Positions 1 to 10,006 of a DNA stretch of 64,000 nt are shown here, in pieces. Source of the stretch: Candidatus Methanoxibalbensis ujae (lineage in GTDB: Archaea > Halobacteriota > Syntropharchaeia > Alkanophagales > Methanospirareceae). Numbering within the stretch: the first letter of the stretch is position 1; each line of letters begins with the position of its first letter. The translations under genes were made by a program, and so were the position numbers. The DNA lies in NCBI GenBank assembly GCA_026134085.1, contig JAOQIN010000004.1:26-64025 (forward strand), given 5' to 3'. The notes under the pieces were generated by a model. The model was not told the origin of the DNA and did no database searches. It saw nothing but the letters and a program-made list of their open reading frames with translations.

Positions 1-420
1 TTCTCGCTCATCTTTCAGCTTTGGAAGCATAGATTGCACCTTGCGTTTTGAAAGTTCTCACACTCATTTATGATTGAAAGCAGCTATAGAGCCACCTGCA
101 TTGCTCCAGTATGAACAGCAACTTCTCTTTTTGCTCCTCCGAAGGATACAGCCTGAACTTATGAGTTATTGCAATCGTTTCACATTCTGCCTCTCTATAA
201 ATTGTCTGTGACATCTCCACATGTTCCACAATAAATTCAGAGATGACCTTTCCACAATTTCCCTTCAGCTCAGGTCTCAAACGGGAACTTTGCTGTCCTT
301 TGCCTCACATGAGGACGCCCATTTCGGATGGGCTGTTATAGTGCTCCTGCTTCGCCTTCATAAGTCACCATATACAAATCCCCTGCTCCACCAAAAGGCG
401 GGAATCGGCGGCATCTTAAA
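1..420 (-). mobile_element. IS200/IS605-family element remnant (TnpB/OrfB N-terminus, possible TnpA C-terminal trace), cut by the window edge
   Basis: Minus ORF 68-280 contains ITHKFRLYPSEEQKEKLLFILEQCRWLY, the canonical TnpB N-terminal signature (KFRLYP..EQ....R.vYN). Below position 68 the frame breaks: there is a stop after CFQS, and LPKLKDERE continues in another frame. The minus strand at ~340-400 translates to FWWSRGF, reminiscent of the Y1 transposase C-terminus. Confidence 0.45.
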
Positions 421-427
421 TCGCACA

Positions 428-2545
428 TTAATGTTTTTCATCTTTCCATCGCAGGAAGTTGCAGTAAGGGCATCCAAATTTCCAGTTTCTTTTTTTTCTT
501 CCGCTTTTTATCTCAAGTTTGAAGAATGTGGGATGTTCCTCACACTTTTCATCCGTTACGATTATCCTGCCATGTGCTGGCAGGGGGAGCGAGAAAATGC
601 ATTCTGGATATCTCTCGCAGCTGAGGAACCGCTTTCCCCTTCTTGAATGTCTTATGTATAAGGATGCGCCGCACTCAGGGCATGCACCGACACACTCATC
701 TTTCATCGCGCCTTCTCTGAGCGCCTCACCGATTTCATCGCGGTTCTTTTTCATCTGTTCAAACACGCGCTTGAGCATCTCTCTTGATGCGTTTATGACA
801 TCATCCTTACTCCGCACACCCTGTGCAATTTTCTCCATCTCCTCCTCAAGCTGCCTCGTCATGTCCGGTTTCGTGATGACCTCCGCATATTTTCGCAGGA
901 GGTCAATGAGAGATAGCGCCTTCTCGGTGGGTTTCGCTGGGTCACCGCTCAGATATTTTCGCTCATACAGTTTTGAGACGATCTCATGGCGTGTGCTCTT
1001 CGTGCCTATGCCGAGCTTTTCCATCTCCTTTATGAGAGAAGCCTGTGAAATCCTTTTTGGAGGTTCTGTCTCCTTTTCAACGATCTCCACTTTCTCTATT
1101 TTCAGATGCTCACCCCTGCTCAATTGTGGAAGATGTTCCTCTTTCTTCCTTGCATACGGGTAAACGGCGAGAAAACCTTCCTCCTTGAGCTCCTTCCCTC
1201 TCGCCTCAAGCGTCTCACCGCCCGCTGAAATCCTCACAACTGTGTCTTTCCACACAGCATCTTCAGAGAGTGTTGAAAGAAATCTCCTCGCAACAAGCTC
1301 ATATATGCGCCATTCATCCCTGCTCAATCCATCCTTCGCATCCTTCGCATCATTTGCAGCTTTTGTCGTGGTGGCACTGGATCCTGTCGTGGTGGCATCT
1401 GTCGTGATGGCAGCACCCATCTCGTTTTCGTCTGGCACAGATACCGGATGAATGGGCGGATGATCGGTGGTCTTCTTCTTTCCAGCTGTCGGCTTCAACT
1501 GCTTTCTGCTGAGTATCCTCAGCGCATGCTTTCTGAGAGCATCAATGCGTGTGAGCATTTTCACCTTCTCCCGCAGGTCTATTGTCGGGGGATATGTGGT
1601 GTTGTCCGTGCGGTGATATGAGATGAGTCCACGCAGATAAAGGCTTTCAGCGATGTTCATCGCTTTCTTGGGCGAGAATCCCATGTATCCCGCAGCTCTT
1701 ATGAATGAAGTTGTGTCAAAGGGCGTCGGAGGCTTCACCCTTCGCTCTTTTTCACGAATTTCAGAAACCTCAGCCAGTGCTGCGTTTTTTATCTTTGAGA
1801 AAGAACACTCCGCTTTGTCACGCTCCCAGAACTTCACGGGTATCTTCGCACTCAGCACATCGCCTTTTTCTGTTATCAATCTGGCATGGATCTCCCAGTA
1901 TTTTTTCGGAACGAATTCAGAGATCTCGCGCTCCCTGTCAACGAGCAGTGCAAGCGCGGGCGATTGAACCCTTCCAACTGAGAAAAAGTCCGAGCCAAGC
2001 CTCTTCGCAGCGAGTGATACGAACCTCGACAGCGATGCCCCCCATATCAGATCAATGACCTCACGCGCCTCAGCAGATGCGGCGAGGTTTTTGTCGATCG
2101 CAGTGCGATGTGCGAAGCTCTCCTTTATGTCTCTCTCCGTTATTGCGCTGAACCTCATTCTGTCCACAGCGACAGATGGGTTGACCCTCCTCACAATGCC
2201 CAACGCCTCAACGCCTATCAGCTCGCCCTCCCTGTCATAATCAGTGGCTATTGTCACAATGCTCGCCCGTTTTGCGATATGCTCAAGCGCCTTCACAACA
2301 TTTTTCCTCAGCGGAACCGCAACTAAATCAGCATTAATCAGCTCGTAAGGGTCTATCCTGCTCCAATTACGATATTCCTTCGGAAAATCAAACTGAAATA
2401 TGTGCCCCTTGAGCCCTATTACAACGGTATCCCCGAATTCATACACATTTATGTCGTATATCTTCCTCGCTCTCGCATTCCCTCCCGATAAAATCGCTGC
2501 AATCCGCCTTGCTGCAGTGTCCTTTTCCGTTATTATGCAGTGCAT
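428..2545 (-). CDS. topA: DNA topoisomerase I (type IA) with C-terminal zinc ribbons
   Basis: 705 aa. TOPRIM motif ATDYDREGE, catalytic Tyr context LISYHRTDN, and C-terminal CPECG...CERYPEC and CPYC Zn fingers. Confidence 0.95.
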   Translation of the reverse strand: MHCIITEKDTAARRIAAILSGGNARARKIYDINVYEFGDTVVIGLKGHIFQFDFPKEYRNWSRIDPYELINADLVAVPLRKNVVKALEHIAKRASIVTIATDYDREGELIGVEALGIVRRVNPSVAVDRMRFSAITERDIKESFAHRTAIDKNLAASAEAREVIDLIWGASLSRFVSLAAKRLGSDFFSVGRVQSPALALLVDREREISEFVPKKYWEIHARLITEKGDVLSAKIPVKFWERDKAECSFSKIKNAALAEVSEIREKERRVKPPTPFDTTSFIRAAGYMGFSPKKAMNIAESLYLRGLISYHRTDNTTYPPTIDLREKVKMLTRIDALRKHALRILSRKQLKPTAGKKKTTDHPPIHPVSVPDENEMGAAITTDATTTGSSATTTKAANDAKDAKDGLSRDEWRIYELVARRFLSTLSEDAVWKDTVVRISAGGETLEARGKELKEEGFLAVYPYARKKEEHLPQLSRGEHLKIEKVEIVEKETEPPKRISQASLIKEMEKLGIGTKSTRHEIVSKLYERKYLSGDPAKPTEKALSLIDLLRKYAEVITKPDMTRQLEEEMEKIAQGVRSKDDVINASREMLKRVFEQMKKNRDEIGEALREGAMKDECVGACPECGASLYIRHSRRGKRFLSCERYPECIFSLPLPAHGRIIVTDEKCEEHPTFFKLEIKSGRKKRNWKFGCPYCNFLRWKDEKH

Positions 2546-2790
2546 CCCTCTCTCTTCACTGTTAGTATAGGACGCCTTATAATTCCTGCGCTGTCATTAC
2601 TGCCAAGTGCAATTGTCAGTGCAATTGCCAGCAAATGCCGCAACGCGCAGTCTCGGCGTTGCAGTGCAACTGGCGTTGCAAATATATGCCAGACACCACA
2701 TATACACACCACATATAAATGTCACGAAGCGCAATACGAAGCGCAATCTATTTATACTGTTGCAACTCACTGAACATTGATGTTGGCGAA

Positions 2791-2864
2791 GGGGCCGTAG
2801 CCTAGCCAGGAAGGGCGGCGGGCTCCAGACTCGCCGGTCGTGCGTTCAAATCGCACCGGCCCCA
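2791..2864 (+). tRNA. tRNA-Trp (anticodon CCA), no intron
   Basis: Cloverleaf folded by hand. Acceptor GGGGCCG/CGGCCCC, anticodon stem GCGGG/CTCGC with loop CTCCAGA, T arm GTGCG-TTCAAAT-CGCAC, discriminator A. Confidence 0.9.
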
Positions 2865-3649
2865 TGTCGGAGCAGTTTCCAAGCATTTGCATACACATTG
2901 AATCTTCTCTCTCTTGCGAATCCGACGAGTGTTATGCCCGATATCTCAGCAATTTTTATCGCAGCGCTCGTTGGAGCTGAGACGCTCACGACAGCGGGAA
3001 ACCCTGCATTTGCTGCTTTTCGCATTGTCGAATATGTCTGACGGCATGAAGTCACGAGTACGCTTTCATATGTGGAAATGCCTTTTTCAATGCAGAGACC
3101 CACAGCCTTGTCAATCGCACAGTGCCTGCTCACATCCTCCACGATCACATGTTTATCGCCGCAGCACTCAAAAACACCGACAACATGCGTGCATCCCGTT
3201 TTTTTGAATGTTGTGCCGCATTCATCCAACATGCGGACGAGCGTGGGAATCTCACATATCACCCGCTCACACACCCTGTGCGCGCTGTGCTTCGCATCAT
3301 CAGTGACGGAGACATCGCTCACAGTCTCCGACAGTTCAACAATGACCTCGTATCTCTCACATGCGTTACGGACATCCGCCTCTGCTGCGAGGATGCGCAC
3401 ATTTTCAACAGATGAACGGAAACCCTCACATATCAGGAATCCCACGGCAAGTTCTCTCAAAAAAACGGGAAGGCAGTGAACAGAAACCCTCTCAATCTGA
3501 CCTCCCCTCAAAAATCTCAGACACACTTCAACCTCTTTCGCCACACAATCCGTTCGCTCAGTTACTCTATCATTGACATTGACATGCCATATGCGTGTCC
3601 GTACATCAGACCTCATCACCTCAATATCCTCCAATGACACGCTCAGCAA
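2846..3649 (-). CDS. fdhD: FdhD-family sulfurtransferase (formate dehydrogenase accessory protein)
   Basis: 267 aa. The C-terminal region SCRQTYSTMRKAANAGFPAVVSVSAPTSAAIKIAEISGITLVGFARERRFNVYAN matches the FdhD pattern. The last codons overlap the tRNA-Trp 3' end on the opposite strand. Confidence 0.85.
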   Translation of the reverse strand: MLSVSLEDIEVMRSDVRTRIWHVNVNDRVTERTDCVAKEVEVCLRFLRGGQIERVSVHCLPVFLRELAVGFLICEGFRSSVENVRILAAEADVRNACERYEVIVELSETVSDVSVTDDAKHSAHRVCERVICEIPTLVRMLDECGTTFKKTGCTHVVGVFECCGDKHVIVEDVSRHCAIDKAVGLCIEKGISTYESVLVTSCRQTYSTMRKAANAGFPAVVSVSAPTSAAIKIAEISGITLVGFARERRFNVYANAWKLLRHGAGAI

Positions 3650-3992
3650 TTCTGCTCACAACCTCGGGCGGTATCACAATCTCACGCCCTGATAGATTCA
3701 TCGCAACCCATGTGTTGAGGGCTGTGCATATCATCAATACAGCCTGCTCATCTTCCGTCACATCTGTCATCGCCTCCACAACCTCCCTTTTGTTCCTTAT
3801 ATCAACGTCATACGCAGATTCAATCACCTTCAACATCGCCATCGCGCTTTCTTCTGCTGATGATGTCGCGTGCATGCTGCCGTATTGGAAGCTGATTTTA
3901 TTTAAATTGTCGCAGCCGATTTTGCGCCATGCGAAAGGAGCAGCTCCGAGCGGTATACGATCAGAAATACTCAATCTTCTCAAGTTTTTCAA
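3621..3992 (-). CDS. Hypothetical small protein (true start probably internal)
   Basis: ORF fills the gap between fdhD and the channel gene on the same strand and overlaps both neighbours. No motif recognised. Confidence 0.35.
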   Translation of the reverse strand: MKNLRRLSISDRIPLGAAPFAWRKIGCDNLNKISFQYGSMHATSSAEESAMAMLKVIESAYDVDIRNKREVVEAMTDVTEDEQAVLMICTALNTWVAMNLSGREIVIPPEVVSRIAERVIGGY

Positions 3993-4977
3993 GTGCCTTC
4001 TTGCTGCCGATGAACACGACTATATCTCCTTCCCTTATCACCTCATCAGGGTGTATGTTTGAGATGATTCTGTTGCCTCGTATGATTGCGATTATCACCG
4101 CTCCCGTCCTCTCTTTCAGATGCAGATCACTTATTTTCTTACCTGCGATCTTCATTCCCTTCTTCACTGTCAAGCTCTCAAGCGAAGTCTCCCCCACGCC
4201 TGCTGTGACAAAATCAACGAAGTCTATTATAGCCGGTTTGAGCAGGCTTTTTGCCAGTCTCCTGCCGCCTATCGCCTCCACCATCACAACCCTGTCCGCA
4301 CCGATGTTGCGAAGGCGTTTCGCAGCTTTATCAGAGGATGCCCTCGTCGCGATCTCTATGTTGGGGTTAAGTGACTTCGCAGAAATGCAGAGCAGAAGGT
4401 TGTCGCAGTCGGAAGGCAGTGTTGACACGAGACCCGATGCGCGCTCAACGCCCGCTTCAATAAGAACCTCCTCGTTGGTGGCATCTCCTTCAATGACAGG
4501 TATGCCCTTCCTCCGCAGCTCAGCCGCAATTTGAGGGTCCCGCTCTATCACAACAAAATCAACACCCTCACGCATGAACTCCTCTATCACAATATTTCCC
4601 GTCCTGCCAGCACCACATATGATTTTGTGTCCCCTCATCTTTGAGACGCTCACCCTCCCACGCACGATCCCAAAAGCTTCCTTTATACGCCCCTCAAATA
4701 CAGTCTCAGCAATCGCACTCATCGCATATAAACCGACTCCAACACCCCCTATCATCAGAACAGTTGCGAAAACCCTTCCCGAGGGTGTCCTCGGAGTTAT
4801 ATCTCCATATCCCACCGTTGTTATCGTTGTTACAGTCACATACAGAGATTCCATAACGGATAGTCCCTCAAAATATCGGAATCCCACAATACCCACAGCG
4901 ATCAGCACAACAAGCGATAAAAACGCTATCAATACATGCTTAAGCGGTTCCATATGCCAATCACTCCTCCGTGACAC
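3961..4977 (-). CDS. MthK-like potassium channel with RCK/TrkA-N and TrkA-C domains
   Basis: 338 aa. K+ selectivity filter TTVGYGD after two TM helices, and a Rossmann motif KIICGAGRTGN. Confidence 0.9.
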   Translation of the reverse strand: MSRRSDWHMEPLKHVLIAFLSLVVLIAVGIVGFRYFEGLSVMESLYVTVTTITTVGYGDITPRTPSGRVFATVLMIGGVGVGLYAMSAIAETVFEGRIKEAFGIVRGRVSVSKMRGHKIICGAGRTGNIVIEEFMREGVDFVVIERDPQIAAELRRKGIPVIEGDATNEEVLIEAGVERASGLVSTLPSDCDNLLLCISAKSLNPNIEIATRASSDKAAKRLRNIGADRVVMVEAIGGRRLAKSLLKPAIIDFVDFVTAGVGETSLESLTVKKGMKIAGKKISDLHLKERTGAVIIAIIRGNRIISNIHPDEVIREGDIVVFIGSKKALEKLEKIEYF

Positions 4978-5193
4978 ATATCCCCAGTGGAGTCACCTCC
5001 GCTGCCCATCCTATTATGATGTCCTATTATGACATCGCTGTTACGATCACACGCCTCCGTCACATGAAAAAATCGCTGCTCACTTCAGAAGCTTAAAAGA
5101 TAGTAAAAGATCTGCCACTTGCTTCCTCGCTTCCAAATATCCAGCCTTTTTATTCTTCATATACATCGCACAGCCTCTTATAAAATATCAGCG

Positions 5194-5508
5194 TTATGTA
5201 TCTTCGGCGTATCTATTCTCCAATACCGCATGCTGCCCCCAAAAGCCGGTTTTGAGTTGAAATATCCAGTTTTCCAAGCCCCACCCCAATCCTTTCCTTC
5301 CTCCATTTTCATATTTTTTCATCATTTCTTCAAAGAGCTTAAGTTCAGAGCATATCAACCATTCATCTGAGAATTCAGATTTATATGTTTTAATTTTTGT
5401 ATAATAATAAAGCACAAAGGTGCAGTTATTAACTAAATAAAAAATAATAAAAATTATATTTTCGCTTCTATCACCTGTCACAGCGCCCACAGCACCTCCG
5501 AACACCAC
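5194..5508 (-). CDS. Doubtful hypothetical protein in an AT-rich spacer
   Basis: 104-aa ORF only. Very AT-rich codons, no recognisable motif, competing ORF on the other strand. Confidence 0.2.
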   Translation of the reverse strand: MVFGGAVGAVTGDRSENIIFIIFYLVNNCTFVLYYYTKIKTYKSEFSDEWLICSELKLFEEMMKKYENGGRKGLGWGLENWIFQLKTGFWGQHAVLENRYAEDT

Positions 5509-5742
5509 TTGTGTGCCTTACTCGTGTGCCTTATCGTTGATAATATGAAAATGGGAAAATGGTTCCTCCACGCCTGAGGAATGAGGAGGAAGAAATACAT
5601 GCCTCCTCTGACCCGGTAACCCCGTTGTTATGTCAATGAAATACGGCGCCGTGCTGCTTTCTTCAGAGGAGGGTTGAGCAAATATATAACAGTTTTATAG
5701 AGGAGGTGGCAATTTTAATGAAAAGTCCACAGGGGGGAAACC

Positions 5743-6294
5743 ATGGGAACGCTTTTGGATGAGATAATAGAGTATGGAGGAGAGGTATTTGGAAAGGAGC
5801 ATATGGAGACTGTCCGGGAGTGTGTGCAGTGTGGCAAGTGCACAGGAAGCTGTCCTTCGGGCAGGATAACCGCATACAGAACAAGAAAAATGATTCAGAT
5901 GGCGAGGATGAACTTGCGAGAAGTGTTGAGCATGTATGAGTTATGGTTCTGCACAACTTGCTTCACATGTTATGAGCGCTGTCCTCGCGGCGTGAAGGTG
6001 ACAGACATCATACGCACGATGAGGAACATAGCGGTAAGTGAGGGTCACATGTCATTCAGCCATAAAAAAGTTGCAACTTATGTTTTCAAGACGGGACATG
6101 CTGTTCCAATAGGAGAGCCGCAGATGAAGCTGCGTGAGGGTGTCGGACTTGATCCTATGGCGCCCACAACGCAGAAATTCCCTGAGCAGCTTGAGCAGGT
6201 AAGGGAGATTGTGCGCACAACAGGATTTGACAAGAAAGTTGGGTTTGATTGGGAAACGATGAAGCTGCGTGAGGAGTTGGAGGAGGGAAAATAG
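5743..6294 (+). CDS. hdrC: Heterodisulfide reductase subunit C
   Basis: 183 aa. Two ferredoxin-type cluster motifs, CVQCGKCTGSCP and CTTCFTCYERCP. Immediately upstream of hdrB. Confidence 0.9.
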   Translation: MGTLLDEIIEYGGEVFGKEHMETVRECVQCGKCTGSCPSGRITAYRTRKMIQMARMNLREVLSMYELWFCTTCFTCYERCPRGVKVTDIIRTMRNIAVSEGHMSFSHKKVATYVFKTGHAVPIGEPQMKLREGVGLDPMAPTTQKFPEQLEQVREIVRTTGFDKKVGFDWETMKLREELEEGK

Positions 6295-6349
6295 GAGAAC
6301 ATGAAAACAGCCACAAGCGCGTGCTGTGTTCGTGACAGGTGAGGAAAAA

Positions 6350-7234
6350 ATGGCTGAAAAGGAATATGCGTATTTTCTTGGCTGTATAACACCCAATCGT
6401 TATCCGGGCATAGAAGCAGCGACAAAGAAAGTGTTCAAAGAATTTGGAATAGAGACGAAGGAGATGATTGGAGCCTCTTGCTGCCCAGCTCCCGGTGTTT
6501 TCGGGTCTTTTGACCTGCACACATGGCTGCCAATTGCGGCGAGAAATCTTGCAATTGCCGAGGAGATGGATCTTGAGATATATGTGACATGCAACGGCTG
6601 CTACGGCTCTCTGCAGGAGGCTGACCATCTTTTGAAGCATAATGAGCGGTTGAGGAAGAAGGTGAATGAGGTCCTCGGAAAAATAGGAAGGGAATACAAG
6701 GGGAAAACGAAGGTGAATCATTCAATTGTCATTCTTCATGATGTTATCGGGCTTGATCGCATAAAGGAAGCGGTGAAAAAACCGATGGACGATGTGAATG
6801 TCGCTGTCCACTACGGCTGCCACTTCCTAAAGCCTTCAGAGGTGAGAGGGCACGGCTCCCCCGAAAGACCTTACATACTTGAGGATCTCGCTCATGCGAT
6901 AGGTGCGAAGACCCCTTACTACAAGGACAAACTCATGTGTTGCGGCGCTGGTGGCGGTGTCCGCAGTTTTGATGCACCAACTTCACTTGAATGGACACGC
7001 CAGAAAATCGTGAACATGATTGAGGCGGGTTGCGACTGCATCATGCATCCCTGTGCTTTCTGCCACCTGCAACTTGACAGAGGACAGGTGGAGATGCAAA
7101 ATCTATTCGGCATTGAACCGAAGATGCCAGTCCTTTTCGCCACTCAACTCATCGGTCTGGCAATGGGATTCAGTGAGAAAGAGCTCGGACTCGACATACA
7201 TGAGGTGAAAATGCCAGAAAAACTTTTGAAATGA
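6350..7234 (+). CDS. hdrB: Heterodisulfide reductase subunit B (two CCG domains)
   Basis: YAYFLGC...GASCCPAPG and HYGCHFLKPS...MCCGAGGG. Start moved to ATG 6350 (MAEKEYAYFLGC), preceded by GGTGAGG. Confidence 0.9.
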   Translation: MAEKEYAYFLGCITPNRYPGIEAATKKVFKEFGIETKEMIGASCCPAPGVFGSFDLHTWLPIAARNLAIAEEMDLEIYVTCNGCYGSLQEADHLLKHNERLRKKVNEVLGKIGREYKGKTKVNHSIVILHDVIGLDRIKEAVKKPMDDVNVAVHYGCHFLKPSEVRGHGSPERPYILEDLAHAIGAKTPYYKDKLMCCGAGGGVRSFDAPTSLEWTRQKIVNMIEAGCDCIMHPCAFCHLQLDRGQVEMQNLFGIEPKMPVLFATQLIGLAMGFSEKELGLDIHEVKMPEKLLK

Positions 7235-7235
7235 C

Positions 7236-7300
7236 TTTTTCTCTTTTCTTTGTTTCTACTTTTATTTTTGTTTATAATTTTATCTTCACATCATTTTAAA
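7236..7300 (+). terminator. Oligo-T rich archaeal terminator region after hdrB
   Basis: Multiple T tracts (cttttt ctctttt ctttgttt ... ttatttttgttt) directly after the stop codon at 7232-7234. Confidence 0.5.
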
Positions 7301-7353
7301 ACATTATAAAATCCGCTCAGGCATCATAGAGCTATGGCAGAGGGACAGATGTG

Positions 7354-8274
7354 ATGAATGTGATAGAAATCAAAAATTTAACAAAAAAGTTTGGAGACAA
7401 AGTTGTTCTGAACGGAATAAACTTTGATGTGGCGGAGGGGGAGGTGTTTGGCTATCTTGGTCCAAATGGAGCTGGAAAGACCACAACAATGAGAATAATT
7501 CTGGGACTTCTGAATCCGACTTCTGGAGAAGCGCTTGTGATGGGAAGGAACCTTGCTGAGGATGATGAGGCGAGAGGAAGGATTGGAGTTGTGTTGGAGA
7601 ACGATGGCCTGTATGAAGACCAAACAGCTTACGACAACTTGGATTATTATGCTCAACTTTACGATGTTTCAAAAAGGAAAGAAAGGATTGAAGAGCTGCT
7701 GAAATTTGTCGGACTTTATGACCTCAGATATGAAAAGGTGGGCGCATTCTCAAAGGGAATGAAAAGGAAGCTTGCAATAGCGAGAGCCCTTGTTCATGAT
7801 CCAGAAATTCTGTTCCTGGATGAACCATCTGCAGGTCTTGACCCTGAAGCTCAAAGAATGGTGAGGGAACTCATCGTCAATCTCTCAAAGGAGAGCGGAA
7901 AGACAATATTCTTGAATTCACACAATCTGGATGAGGTTCAGCGCATATGTGATAGAACAGCAATTCTGCACAGAGGAAAGATTGTGGTATGCGATACCGT
8001 TGAAAATCTCAGAGAGAAATTCAGCAAGCCTGTGGTTCTCATCACAGCAGGTGATAAAAGAAACACCGAAAGGGCGTTTGAAATTCTTTCTTCACTTGAT
8101 TTTGTATATGATTGTGAGAAAGAGGGCAGAACAATAAAACTGACACTGAGAGAGGAGAGACAATCTTTGGTGAAGATATTGACGGAAAAGGGTATAGAAA
8201 TTGAAGAGATCAGAAAGGAGAGAAGAAGTCTGGAGGACATTTATTTGGAAATTGTCGGGGAGAATGGGAAATGA
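7354..8274 (+). CDS. ABC transporter ATP-binding protein (ABC-2 type)
   Basis: Walker A GPNGAGKTT, signature FSKGMKRKL, Walker B LFLDEPSAGLD. Confidence 0.9.
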   Translation: MNVIEIKNLTKKFGDKVVLNGINFDVAEGEVFGYLGPNGAGKTTTMRIILGLLNPTSGEALVMGRNLAEDDEARGRIGVVLENDGLYEDQTAYDNLDYYAQLYDVSKRKERIEELLKFVGLYDLRYEKVGAFSKGMKRKLAIARALVHDPEILFLDEPSAGLDPEAQRMVRELIVNLSKESGKTIFLNSHNLDEVQRICDRTAILHRGKIVVCDTVENLREKFSKPVVLITAGDKRNTERAFEILSSLDFVYDCEKEGRTIKLTLREERQSLVKILTEKGIEIEEIRKERRSLEDIYLEIVGENGK

Positions 8275-8957
8275 GAAAGGAGTTAGTTATCGCAAAAAAG
8301 GAAATAAAGGGAATACTCCTGAGCAAAAGCTCCTTGCTTTTTGCAGGTTATGCGATTTTCTTCAGCTTTATTGCAGCACTGGGTATAAAAAAATCTCCGA
8401 ATGCAATTAATACAGCTGTTTTCTGCATTCCTGTTGTTATGGGAGTTTTCTTTGCTTACACCTCAACTGGAAAAATATTCTTAAGGGAGAAGCGAGACAG
8501 AATCATAGAAACCCTTCTCTGTGCACCGGTTAGCCTGAGGAAAATATGGTTCGGAAAGGTTTTGGGTGCTGCTGTTCCTTCGTATGTCGTATCAGTATTA
8601 TCAGCAGTATTGATAGTTTTAATCTCAGGTTTTTTCTTGAAATTCGTGATATTTCCATCTCAGATTCTCCTGCTTCATATGCTGGTAACCACCCCTTTGT
8701 TTATATTTGCATCAGTTGGATTGATCGGGCTCCTTTATCTTCTTGCAGGTATGAAAGAGGTCGGAGCAGCCGGCATAATAATATTTATGGGGATATTTGG
8801 TGCTCTCTTCGGAAGTCTCAGTTTGACGGGTGAAGGTTACCGTATTTCACTTTCAGCCGAACTTGCATTATTTGTAGCTTCGCTTGTTCTGACAGTTCTC
8901 ACAGGTTACTTAACAAGATATTTGAGCAGGGAGAGGATTGTCACCACAATCGGATAA
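8271..8957 (+). CDS. ABC-2 type transporter permease
   Basis: 228 aa with multiple hydrophobic helices. ATGA start/stop overlap with the ATPase gene. Confidence 0.75.
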   Translation: MRKELVIAKKEIKGILLSKSSLLFAGYAIFFSFIAALGIKKSPNAINTAVFCIPVVMGVFFAYTSTGKIFLREKRDRIIETLLCAPVSLRKIWFGKVLGAAVPSYVVSVLSAVLIVLISGFFLKFVIFPSQILLLHMLVTTPLFIFASVGLIGLLYLLAGMKEVGAAGIIIFMGIFGALFGSLSLTGEGYRISLSAELALFVASLVLTVLTGYLTRYLSRERIVTTIG

Positions 8958-9135
8958 AATGGAACGGAAAATGCCGGCAGCCGATGGGGCGCCTGACACA
9001 GCCTCAGCTCGCTGCATGCTTGTTGCTTGTGACAGATGAGAGATGGGCAATACAGTCAGGCTGCTGACAGTGGCGTGGCGACAACAGCGAACGGCGACAA
9101 AAAAAGATGAGCGCTAAAAAATGAAAAATAAGCAA

Positions 9136-9879
9136 TCAAAACACCTTTTTGAACAAAATTTCGCCACCTGCGAACCGCTGCACATATTCAGTTGCGACAG
9201 AAATGCCGCGCTCAAGATCTCTTATATCAATTCCCGGGACGCCATAAGCGACAATAAGGATATTTTCGGTATCCTCCCGCACTTTTGTAGAATCAACGTC
9301 GCCATGCACATACACGCATAGGATATTTGAGGTGTCTGTAAGGACGAGTTCATTTTTAAGGCGCCTCTTTCTGTTTCCGATGAGTGTCACTTCTTCTCCA
9401 TCACGGGCGAACCGCACATTCAGCACGATCTCATCAGCATATGAAATGCGATCAGCGTCAAACGCACTGAATGTGATCAATGTCCTGACTGATGCGATGT
9501 TGTATGCGTTCACAACAGGCGATATCCTCGGAAGGTTTTTGCCGGCGAGAATTCTCCTTATGAGCGCCTCAGAAGCGGGTCTGACTTTTGTGGGATCAAT
9601 GCCCATTCGCCAGAAGAAATCCCTCTGAAGTCTTATCAGAGGCACATCTTTCAGCGTATCCAGTGTATATCTGCTGCGAATTTCAGCCTCCGTATTCTGA
9701 ATCTCTCGCTCCATCTCATCCGATCCGACGCTGCCTGCGCATTTCACACCGCTCAGCACTGAGACACCTATGTGAATGCTTTCAAACTTCCGCCTCACAT
9801 CTTCATCAACATGAAAACGCACTCCCAAACCTCGCAACAGCGCCTCCTTCACATCATCCCTTTCGCACATTCCACTCAC
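9136..9879 (-). CDS. B3/B4 tRNA-binding-domain protein (PheRS beta-like, COG3382-like)
   Basis: 247 aa. LRRILAGKNLPRISPVVNAYNIASVRTLITFSAFDADRI resembles the B3/4 domain. Confidence 0.55.
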   Translation of the reverse strand: MSGMCERDDVKEALLRGLGVRFHVDEDVRRKFESIHIGVSVLSGVKCAGSVGSDEMEREIQNTEAEIRSRYTLDTLKDVPLIRLQRDFFWRMGIDPTKVRPASEALIRRILAGKNLPRISPVVNAYNIASVRTLITFSAFDADRISYADEIVLNVRFARDGEEVTLIGNRKRRLKNELVLTDTSNILCVYVHGDVDSTKVREDTENILIVAYGVPGIDIRDLERGISVATEYVQRFAGGEILFKKVF

Positions 9880-9898
9880 CCCTTCCAGTCATGGAATG

Positions 9899-9955
9899 CA
9901 GACAGCCTCACAGTCAGACAGCCTCACAGTCTCACAGTCTCACAGCCTCACAGCC
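9899..9955. repeat. Degenerate short tandem repeat array (cagcctcacagt / ctcacagt units)
   Basis: Read directly: gcagacagcctcacagtcagacagcctcacagtctcacagtctcacagcctcacagcc. It lies just upstream of the 9136-9879 gene. Confidence 0.8.
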
Positions 9956-10006
9956 GAACAAGCGGAGCGCGCTGATCGATGCGAGCGGTGCGATCAGAGC
10001 AAGCGA

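Noticed and set aside
519-1163. 214-aa plus-strand ORF and several others (1185-2326) opposite topA. Similar antisense ORFs occur opposite the K+ channel (3929-4534), the surface protein (24102-24728), the malic enzyme (45187-45969, 45741-46211), AOR (27905-28954) and the helicase (54553-57259).
   Set aside because: Each overlaps a strongly supported gene on the other strand and has a compositionally biased, motif-free translation.
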